Part shown: positions 17,101 through 24,619 of the stretch, piece after piece
Position numbering within the stretch: position 1 is the stretch's first letter
Layout of the letters: every line of letters starts with the position of its first letter
NCBI GenBank assembly: GCA_964565095.1
Contig: CAZMDB010000002.1
Coordinates: 1 to 37,156, forward strand
DNA from: an uncultured Methanosarcinales archaeon
Lineage (GTDB): Archaea; Nanobdellota; Nanobdellia; Woesearchaeales; DATGWN01
Length of the DNA: 37,156 bases
Reading direction: 5' to 3'
The notes under the pieces: generated by a model
Database searches by the model: none
Seen by the model: only the letters and a program-made list of their open reading frames with translations
What the model was told of the DNA's origin: nothing
Position numbers and translations under genes: made by a program

Positions 17101-18891
17101 TTATGTCCGTTCTTCCAGATCAGTCGGGATAGCCACTGTTATGGTCGTTCCTTTTCCCACCGTACTCTTGATATCGATACTTCCATGATGAAGATCCACA
17201 ATGTGCTTAGTGATAGCCAGCCCGAGTCCGCTTCCCTGCGCATTCCTGGTCAGATGCTCTTCTACCTGATAGAAAGGATCGAAGAGATGCGCGACGTCTT
17301 CTGATGAAATTCCTATGCCGGTATCTATCACTTCTATCCGGACTTTGTCCTTCTTATCCAGTATATTAAGACGCACATCTCCTCCTTCAGGAGTGAATTT
17401 TACGGCGTTGTTGAGCAGGTTGATCAGGACTTGCTTGAGCTTCTCCGCGTCTGCGGCAACCTTGCGTCTGCACATACTAGTATCTTCACAATTGCTTGAC
17501 AGCTCAATATCCTTCTTGTCAGCCTGAGGCGCGATGATCTGTTGGACCTGCATGACCAATTCGTGCATATCTACCTTGGTGATGTTGAGCGTGCTTTTTC
17601 CGGATTCCAGCTTTGATAAATCAAGGACATCATTGATTAGTCGTGCCAGCCGGTCACTTTCCTCTGAGACAATATGAAGGGAATCTTTCTGTTTGTCGTT
17701 GATTGTTCCCAGCTTGCCGGAGAGGATAAGCTGAATATATCCCTTGATGGAGGTAAGTGGAGTGCGTAGCTCATGGGATATGATGGAGACGAACTCGCTT
17801 TTCACCTTGTTCAGACGCATCAGTTCTTTGTTGGCATCAACCAGCTCCGAGGTTGCCATCCGCACTTTCTGTTCAAGTTGGCGCTTAGCCCTCTCTTGGG
17901 TGTCACGCAACTGCTGGTTCAGGAAGTGCTCCTGAGTGACATCATAATGAATGATAATATAGGCGATGACCTCCCCTCTGGTATCAGTGAGAGGATAGCC
18001 GGTAATTCTGAGTACCCGCGAAACACCCTCTTTCTTGAGAACCAATTCATCAATCCGTAGAATCTTCTGCTGATCCTGCAGCTTCTTGATGAATTCTCCT
18101 ATCTTCTTATATCCGGTCCCATTACTGAACAGTTCCACATACTCCCTTCCCAGGGGCTCTTCGACGTCAATGATATCCGACATCATCTTGTTGAAAAGAA
18201 GAATGCTACCACTGGTGTCGATGGCGACTACGCCACTTGGCAGATTATCCACGATGTTCTCATACGAATACTCGACTAAAGAAAGGCCCTCACTGAAGAC
18301 TTCAAGCTTTCGCTGTAGCAGCTTCCCTTCGTATTCTAGGGATATAGATCCTGCTACAATCTGCATGAATCCATAGTCTATATTGGTCAGACGCTTTCCC
18401 CGGATCCCTACGCCGATGGCTCCGATCATATGCTGACGCACCACCAGTGGGAACAGGATGACAGTAGGATACCGTTTTCCGGATGTATCGTAGAAATCAT
18501 TCGTCTGCACCCGCTGCGGACCCTGTTTGAGAATCTTATTGTTGAGCATCCCTGTGAATCGGAAACCTCTGAGCTTATCCTTGTCCACATTATGAGAAAC
18601 ATTTATCCGGAAACTGTTCATCTGCCTGCCGAATATCACCAGAAATCCACCCTCAATATCAGGAACAGTGTGGATAAGCATCGCAAGAATACCTGAGAAT
18701 GCCGCACGAAGCGATTTGCTTTTGCGCATCTCAGCAGTCACTCGGGATATCAGATGGAACTTACGCAGGTTCCTTCTGCTCTGGCTGCGTTCTGCAAAAG
18801 CGAAGAAAATGAGTAGAAAGATGATGATACTCAACAGTACGACAATGAGTGGCAGGTAAGCAGCAGTTGCTATGATTGCCATATCCTTCAC
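17101..18891 (-). CDS. Membrane sensor histidine kinase (TM-GAF-PAS-HisKA-HATPase)
   Basis: N-terminal TM, then a GAF-like region, then a PAS-like region (IVDNLPSGVVAIDTSGSILLFNKMM). The H-box is SHELRTPLTSIKGY, the N-box LINLLNNAVKF, and the G-boxes are DTGIGIS and GSGLGLAI. The start is either GTG 18891 or ATG 18882, only 4 nt downstream of the response-regulator stop. Confidence 0.85.
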   Translation of the reverse strand: MKDMAIIATAAYLPLIVVLLSIIIFLLIFFAFAERSQSRRNLRKFHLISRVTAEMRKSKSLRAAFSGILAMLIHTVPDIEGGFLVIFGRQMNSFRINVSHNVDKDKLRGFRFTGMLNNKILKQGPQRVQTNDFYDTSGKRYPTVILFPLVVRQHMIGAIGVGIRGKRLTNIDYGFMQIVAGSISLEYEGKLLQRKLEVFSEGLSLVEYSYENIVDNLPSGVVAIDTSGSILLFNKMMSDIIDVEEPLGREYVELFSNGTGYKKIGEFIKKLQDQQKILRIDELVLKKEGVSRVLRITGYPLTDTRGEVIAYIIIHYDVTQEHFLNQQLRDTQERAKRQLEQKVRMATSELVDANKELMRLNKVKSEFVSIISHELRTPLTSIKGYIQLILSGKLGTINDKQKDSLHIVSEESDRLARLINDVLDLSKLESGKSTLNITKVDMHELVMQVQQIIAPQADKKDIELSSNCEDTSMCRRKVAADAEKLKQVLINLLNNAVKFTPEGGDVRLNILDKKDKVRIEVIDTGIGISSEDVAHLFDPFYQVEEHLTRNAQGSGLGLAITKHIVDLHHGSIDIKSTVGKGTTITVAIPTDLEERT

Positions 18892-18895
18892 GACT

Positions 18896-19900
18896 TCAGT
18901 GCTCTACGCGCACATCTAGTGCAAGCGTCTGTATCTGCTCTCCCTTGTATTCAACTTTCCCGTCCTTGATCTCATACCCGGAGTAAAGATAAGGCAGCAT
19001 CTTTGCAGTCTTATCCTTGACAGCTTTTACGATATCATCGATGGCAGTACTCCCGATGACAATCTCTGCATAATCCTGATGCCCGATAAAGTCATCAATC
19101 CCTCCTTTCTCCTTGACAGTGTCCGCGATCACCTTGGCAAGAAGTGCGATCCCTTCTCCACCGCTCTTATAACCACAGACGGAGAAATATTCATCCATGT
19201 TATGCAGGCCCACCACGGCCAATCCTGCCTCAGAATGTTTCCTTTTCCACTCCCCCAGCTTCTTGGCAGTCTCAGCGACATCCGGGAATCGTGTCAATGG
19301 ATGCATGTTCTTATAGCGCTGCTCTTTCTGCAGCATCGACTTGACGCGTGCTTCCAACTCCAACGGATCGAAAGGCTTGACCATGTAATCATCCGCACCT
19401 ATCTTGATGCCCTTTATGCGATCCGTCATCTGCGACTTCGCGGACAGGATGATTATCGGTATGTGCTGGGTTAGCACATTCTCCTTGAGTTTCTGGCAAA
19501 CTTCATAGCCATTCATATTGGGCATCATCAGATCGAGGATGATGATGTCAGGACGGACCTTGCTTACATGCTCCAGGGCTTGTACTCCGTCATGCGCGAT
19601 GCTTATGTCATACTCCTGATCACCCAGCGTCAATGCAATCAGGTTGGTTACATGCTCTTCATCATCAACCAGCAACACTTTTGGCAATGGCTCCCCCTTT
19701 ATTGGAAGAAATACTTTGGCCTGGCCGATCTTGCGGATATCCACTTTGCCTTGCGCATGCAGAATATCAAGATACTTGCCGACCGTGATTCTATTATGGC
19801 CCACATTATCCGCTATCTCGCTGGTATGCGCCCCTTGCGGATTCTGCTCCAAGAACTGCATAATCTTTCCGATAATCTCCTCAGATTCGTCTTTTGCCAT
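18896..19900 (-). CDS. Response regulator: N-terminal wHTH + receiver + degenerate GGDEF-like output domain
   Basis: The ATG at 19900 (MAKDESEEIIGKIMQFLEQNPQGAHTSEIADNVGHNRITVGKYLDIL) gives the wHTH. The receiver reads KVLLVDDEEHV...IILDLMMPNMNGYE...ILSAK...KPF. The C-terminus reads HPLTRFPDV...LAVVGLHNMDEYFSVCGYKSGGEGIALL...DDFIGHQDYAEIVI, which is GGDEF-fold-like but lacks the GGDEF signature. Confidence 0.8.
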   Translation of the reverse strand: MAKDESEEIIGKIMQFLEQNPQGAHTSEIADNVGHNRITVGKYLDILHAQGKVDIRKIGQAKVFLPIKGEPLPKVLLVDDEEHVTNLIALTLGDQEYDISIAHDGVQALEHVSKVRPDIIILDLMMPNMNGYEVCQKLKENVLTQHIPIIILSAKSQMTDRIKGIKIGADDYMVKPFDPLELEARVKSMLQKEQRYKNMHPLTRFPDVAETAKKLGEWKRKHSEAGLAVVGLHNMDEYFSVCGYKSGGEGIALLAKVIADTVKEKGGIDDFIGHQDYAEIVIGSTAIDDIVKAVKDKTAKMLPYLYSGYEIKDGKVEYKGEQIQTLALDVRVEH

Positions 19901-19920
19901 AAATGCCCCTCTCCATATAC

Positions 19921-19960
19921 CGACGCACACCGACGCACACCGACGCACACCGACGCGGTG
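19921..19960. repeat. Tandem 10-bp direct repeat (3 perfect + 1 degenerate unit)
   Basis: Plus strand reads CGACGCACAC x3 then CGACGCGGTG. On the gene strand this is CACCGCGTCG followed by GTGTGCGTCG x3. It ends 20 nt upstream of the response-regulator ATG, downstream of an (AT)n TATA-like run at 19987-19996. Confidence 0.9.
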
Positions 19961-20232
19961 TCTAACACTTTCGTTAATTGCTGTTCATATATATATGTTT
20001 TGGAAGTGGGGATGTGCTCAAAAAAACGTGAAAGAGAGAAAACAATTGCCTTTTCAGATTTCCGAATCATCCTTCTACACTTTTGGGGGTACAAGCGCAG
20101 TTGCTAGTATGTTACCAGTGTGGATGCATGCTGTCCAAGTAGCATGCTGTGTCTGTGACACCCTGAACAGAAGTCTATAGTGCCCAAGTATTGTGAAAAT
20201 CGGACATCACTGCCAACCAGTTCATCAGAAGT

Positions 20233-20245
20233 GAGGAAAAAGAAG
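20233..20245 (-). terminator. Possible T-run terminator after the 927-aa gene
   Basis: Minus strand reads CTTCTTTTTCCTC, about 40 nt downstream of the stop at 20286. Confidence 0.3.
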
Positions 20246-20285
20246 TGGGAGCATGATGCGCAATTTTTGCAAAGATATCCAGGAC

Positions 20286-23069
20286 TTATTTCTTTTTTGC
20301 TCGCTTGTCCTTTCTCACTGATCTCTGAGATCCCTTCCGGACCAGAATATCAAGCAAAGCCACAATCGCCAGCACAAAAAGCACCAGTAACACCGCAAAG
20401 ACCGTATCTGCGGCATCCCAGGCATCATCGTCGGGTCTGACCACAAGAGTAACTACCGGGCTGCGTGCGGTAGCTCCGCTGCTATCGGTGGCAACAAAGG
20501 ATGTGTAACGCACACCAATAAATTCCTCTTCAGGTACAAAGCGGGCGACCCCATCCTGGACTGATATGTTGATGCCGTCTACGGCAAAATGCGAGAAAGT
20601 GATAGTGTCATTGTCGGGATCGACAAAATAGCGACTGAGATTCAGCATATGCGTTTCTCCTTCTTTCCATACCTGATACTCGAACGTATCTATCCGCCCT
20701 GTGGCATTAGCTTCTTCAAGCACCTGATCTATACGCGCGAGAGCCTGCTGTCTAGAGGGTACTGTCACATTGGATATATTGGTCTGATTAAGAGATATAT
20801 TGGTGGTGACATTCTTAGTGATGTTAGTCATGTTCCCCTCTGTGATATTCGCAGTGATGTTTGCAGTAATATTTACCGGTTCGAACAATGAACTCCACCA
20901 TCGTCCGATGGTGCATAAGACCCCGCAATGTTCCTCTGTCATATTCTGCGTCACATGAGCATCGGTCGCGTTATCAGTTATATTGATGGATGGATTAATC
21001 ACTGTATCATTGAGCGGGGCTGTCCGATTGAACAAATCTCTTACCCATAGAGTAAACCCACACCAGATGCCACAGTCGGTCTCGTTGACCACCGGCGTGC
21101 CGGTCTGGTTCAGTGGCGTGAATCCGGGAGCCTGAGTCGCGTTGCCTGTTATATTGGTCATATTTCCAGGGATAGTCAGTACCGCAGGAGCTACGAACAG
21201 CCATAGCAGCACTATAAGGATTCCCAGGAGAATCAGTATTCCAAGGATGATGAGTAGCCACAACAGCCAGGTCGGGATACCGGTCTTCCGGTGCCTCTTT
21301 GCCGCACGCCGCTTTGCCTGCTTCTTTTTTGTCGATCCCTTCGGACGTCCAGGGCCCCGTTTTTTCGGCCTAGACAGGGTCACGATGAGAAGGATCAGGA
21401 TCAGAATCAATGCCAGAATGATTGCGATAACCAGGATTCTTGTGATATCAACTCCTGCATCCAGATCAAGGAGGAGTTGCTCTGTGTATATGATGCCATG
21501 CGTCTGAGCCTGTATAGTAGTCCAATATCCTGCAGAAGGCGTGGTGTTGCTGGTATTTGTGACCAGTGCGATGATCACTGACCCCTCTGGGGATAGATTC
21601 ACTGAGTCCTGCGAGAGCCGTGCGATGCTAGTGTTACTGAGCGAAAGATCATACTCCGCACTACGTAATCCTTTGTGCGTCATATTCAGCGCATGGGCCT
21701 GCCCGGTCCTGTTGAGGACAAACTCAGTCGGTGAGAATTCGACACGGTAGCAGTCTTGATCGCTATGAGCCTCCAGGCGGATGTCCATACTATCCATAAT
21801 TAGCGGGTTATCAGCTTGCATGGCCTGTATCCGGGCAAAATACTCTCCCTGCTTGACTGCTGTAGCATTGACAATGAACGTAAGGTTCTGCGATGTGCCT
21901 GCGGGAACACGGATCTGTCCTTGATCGAGACTCGTGAACAAAGGACCTTGCAATGACATATTGTACGTGACATTGTAGCGTCCGAGATTCGATATGCTGA
22001 CCGGGATGCGAGCGACTTCCTCACATACATCGAATCTGCTTGTGGTGGATATGTTGACCGCATAGCAGACCGGGACATCAATACGTATCCTCTTGGAGGC
22101 CTGCAGGTTACCCATTTCACTTCTTGCCGCGATCAACAAGGAATCATTCCCCAAACCCTGACGGGGAAATGTCTGTACATATGCCAATCCTGACTGCCCC
22201 GGCAAAAGACTGACCTCACTGCCGGTCAGCTGTGCCCACTCGGGGCCCTCTCTGATGGTGAATCTATAGGTGTTCGGGATATCAGCAATATTAGTAAGAT
22301 TGACCGGGATAAAAGTGATGCTGTTGTCACATACCATGACATTATCCGGAGACTCAAGCGTGAAGTCGTAGCAGGGATCTACTTCAGCTGCCACAGAGAC
22401 TGCTGCTCGGGCCCCGGAATTCTGCGCTTCTATCAGGAAGATATCAGAATAGTCTCCGTAGTCCTGGCACTTTGCCATGAATCGCACCACGCCCTGGATG
22501 CTCTCTCCTGGCGCTATCCGTATGTTGTTGGGAAGAAAAACGTACTCCTCATGAGCAGCGCTGATACGGTACGTTTCTGCAAATCCTGATGGATTAGTAA
22601 GTGTATAAGGAATCTCTACTGGTTCGCAGGGACAGGTGGAGATCTGGGCCTTGCCTATACTGAACCTTATAGTCTGGGCCTGCTCTACAATCAGTTGCTG
22701 TTGCAGTACCTTTGGAGTTTCGGTATTTTCTACGTGTATCTTGAGATCATAGACGCCCTCTTTTCTGCATGGAGCATGGATGAACACTGTGCTCTGCAAC
22801 TCTTCTCCTGGCGCTAACAGTTTTGAGGACGGTACGATATCTACCCACTCCTCCACCTCGGATCCTGCTGTGAGTTTGGGTCGGATGACATTGCTGCCGG
22901 TATTGCGTAAGGTGATTCTTTCGGAAACAATGCTACACGCGTCCATTCGGACGGTAGATCCCTGCGCCTGGAGCGTATATGAATCCTGCGCCGATGAGAG
23001 TGGCAATGTCAGGAATGCGATAAGAAGAATCGCAACCAGCGAGAATATCTTACTCATACGTATCATCAT
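20286..23069 (-). CDS. Polytopic envelope glycoprotein (Ig/CARDB-like ectodomain - TM - basic loop - TM - sequon-rich ectodomain - TM)
   Basis: - SD GGGGGG precedes the ATG.
- Signal peptide is MSKIFSLVAILLIAFLTLPLSSAQ.
- About five Cys-pair beta-sandwich modules.
- TM (ILVIAIILALILILILLIVTL), then the basic loop SRPKKRGPGRPKGSTKKKQAKRRAAKRHRKTG, then a second TM (WLLWLLIILGILILLGILIVLLWLFV).
- A second ectodomain of about 270 aa with more than 20 N-x-S/T sequons, then a third TM and a KK-rich tail. Confidence 0.7.
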   Translation of the reverse strand: MMIRMSKIFSLVAILLIAFLTLPLSSAQDSYTLQAQGSTVRMDACSIVSERITLRNTGSNVIRPKLTAGSEVEEWVDIVPSSKLLAPGEELQSTVFIHAPCRKEGVYDLKIHVENTETPKVLQQQLIVEQAQTIRFSIGKAQISTCPCEPVEIPYTLTNPSGFAETYRISAAHEEYVFLPNNIRIAPGESIQGVVRFMAKCQDYGDYSDIFLIEAQNSGARAAVSVAAEVDPCYDFTLESPDNVMVCDNSITFIPVNLTNIADIPNTYRFTIREGPEWAQLTGSEVSLLPGQSGLAYVQTFPRQGLGNDSLLIAARSEMGNLQASKRIRIDVPVCYAVNISTTSRFDVCEEVARIPVSISNLGRYNVTYNMSLQGPLFTSLDQGQIRVPAGTSQNLTFIVNATAVKQGEYFARIQAMQADNPLIMDSMDIRLEAHSDQDCYRVEFSPTEFVLNRTGQAHALNMTHKGLRSAEYDLSLSNTSIARLSQDSVNLSPEGSVIIALVTNTSNTTPSAGYWTTIQAQTHGIIYTEQLLLDLDAGVDITRILVIAIILALILILILLIVTLSRPKKRGPGRPKGSTKKKQAKRRAAKRHRKTGIPTWLLWLLIILGILILLGILIVLLWLFVAPAVLTIPGNMTNITGNATQAPGFTPLNQTGTPVVNETDCGIWCGFTLWVRDLFNRTAPLNDTVINPSINITDNATDAHVTQNMTEEHCGVLCTIGRWWSSLFEPVNITANITANITEGNMTNITKNVTTNISLNQTNISNVTVPSRQQALARIDQVLEEANATGRIDTFEYQVWKEGETHMLNLSRYFVDPDNDTITFSHFAVDGINISVQDGVARFVPEEEFIGVRYTSFVATDSSGATARSPVVTLVVRPDDDAWDAADTVFAVLLVLFVLAIVALLDILVRKGSQRSVRKDKRAKKK

Positions 23070-23123
23070 TATCCCCCCGGTTGCCTGCTTATTATTATAG
23101 TTACTTATCCCCTTTTATGCGAA

Positions 23124-23156
23124 TAAGAAAAATAAACAAAAAAAAGAAAGAAGAAC
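23124..23156 (-). terminator. T-rich archaeal-type terminator after the 425-aa envelope protein gene
   Basis: Minus strand reads TTCTTCTTTCTTTTTTTTGTTTATTTTTCTTATT, beginning 5 nt after the TAA at 23161. Confidence 0.45.
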
Positions 23157-23160
23157 GACC

Positions 23161-24438
23161 TTAGTAGTAGGTCTGGCTCTTCATGTCGTCGTCGTCACGA
23201 TCCTTGCGTCGGGTCAGTCCGATAATCAGACCCAGCACGATCAAAAGTACGATCAGAACGATGACGCCGATCTCAAGGCCACGTCGGATAGAGGAAACAT
23301 CGTCTTCCTCTTCGCCTTCCACAACATTTGCGGTCAGAGCCACATTCTGTTTGGAACTATCCTTGGTGATCTCCAGACTGAAAACCTTCTGTCCTACAGA
23401 CGCATCCTCGTTGGCGGACACATATATGTAGACTGTCTTGGTCTGTCCGGATTCTACGATCGGTGCAGCATCAGTGATCTCTGCAGATCCCCATGCGTCA
23501 ACACCTTTTACAGAGAGCATCACAGTCTTTGCGCTTGTTCCCATGTTGGTAATGACGACTGGATATGAGGCTCCTGCCTGTCCTGCAGTAACATCCTGTA
23601 TAGGAGGTGGCGTGATCACTATCTTATCGGCCTGTGGTTCAGGCTGAGGCTGCGTGTCAGGGCATGTTTCCCCTTCAACCACGCGGATCGTATCAGTTGC
23701 CGTCACGCGATCATATTCATCGAACTCGACAATCACGTCTACGTCGTAAAGATCTGGTTCTGCGCACTTAGGGACGCGGATGAAGACTTCTTCAGTAATG
23801 TCCTTATCGCCACGTCCTCGCTCAGCTCCTTCTAGTTCCTCATCGAGGAACACTTCTCCAGAGACACCAAGGCCTGGGATGTCGACAATGACTTTGATAT
23901 CATCAAGATTATCCTCTCCTATGTTCTCCAGTCGGACCTGAGTCAGAAGGGCTCGTCCGGCCATCACTTCTCCACGAGGAGAGAATGCAATGTCACGAAC
24001 ACGCAGGCCTGTCTCGGGTCCTTCGACAACCAACGTGTATTTTTCGTCTGCGAAGTCATCACGAGGTCCGTCAACCTGGATCCTCAGTTCATACTTATCC
24101 TTTTCTGCAAGAACCGGGATCTCCAGATCAAGTTCTACGGTGTCTGTCTCATTCGCGTCAAGATCGAATGGTCGGGTGATATCGATAAGGGTCTCCCTAT
24201 CGTTGTATTCGTATCCTATGATGCGTGCCTGCACTTCGACATCTTCGACGTCTTCATTGGCAGTCATCCGCATCCGGATATCGATCTTTTCACCAAGATC
24301 GATGATAATATTCTCATCATCAACCCTGTCTCCATTGATCTTTACCCAATCGATGTCTACTTCCCCGACAGCCGCTACCATGGTACTCATGATTAGAACC
24401 GCTACCAGAGCCGTACACAGAGTTATCAGCTTCTTCAT
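23161..24438 (-). CDS. Acidic S-layer-like/CARDB-like envelope protein with signal peptide and C-terminal TM anchor
   Basis: SD GGGGGA precedes the ATG. Signal peptide is MKKLITLCTALVAVLIMSTMVAAV. There are three acidic beta-sandwich-like modules and a Pro/Gln linker (CPDTQPQPEPQADKIVITPPP). The C-terminal TM is IGVIVLIVLLIVLGLIIGL followed by a charged tail. A strong terminator follows the gene. Confidence 0.6.
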   Translation of the reverse strand: MKKLITLCTALVAVLIMSTMVAAVGEVDIDWVKINGDRVDDENIIIDLGEKIDIRMRMTANEDVEDVEVQARIIGYEYNDRETLIDITRPFDLDANETDTVELDLEIPVLAEKDKYELRIQVDGPRDDFADEKYTLVVEGPETGLRVRDIAFSPRGEVMAGRALLTQVRLENIGEDNLDDIKVIVDIPGLGVSGEVFLDEELEGAERGRGDKDITEEVFIRVPKCAEPDLYDVDVIVEFDEYDRVTATDTIRVVEGETCPDTQPQPEPQADKIVITPPPIQDVTAGQAGASYPVVITNMGTSAKTVMLSVKGVDAWGSAEITDAAPIVESGQTKTVYIYVSANEDASVGQKVFSLEITKDSSKQNVALTANVVEGEEEDDVSSIRRGLEIGVIVLIVLLIVLGLIIGLTRRKDRDDDDMKSQTYY

Positions 24439-24619
24439 TGTTTTTCCCCCTATGTTATTATCATTAGGTATATACCTTATTGAGGCTACCCCCTCTAAGT
24501 ATGAATTCCTTTATATATCTTTTGCTTATTTTGCTATATCACAGTAGTTACGCAATGCTGTTCATTCGCAGTGACACCTTTTTTTCTGCATTCGTCCTAC
24601 CGTGGTGACTACTGGCATT

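Noticed and set aside
19921-19960. Tandem repeats as a miniature CRISPR array
   Set aside because: The units are 10 bp and directly abutting with no spacers. No cas genes are present. This is a simple tandem repeat in a promoter/5-prime region.
20126-20147. Perfect 7-bp inverted repeat GCATGCT-N8-AGCATGC in the 385-bp intergenic region, considered as a terminator or regulatory hairpin
   Set aside because: The stem is short, has no adjacent T-run on either strand and lies about 140 nt from the nearest stop codon. It is palindromic, so it could be a protein-binding site, but a single occurrence is not enough to call.
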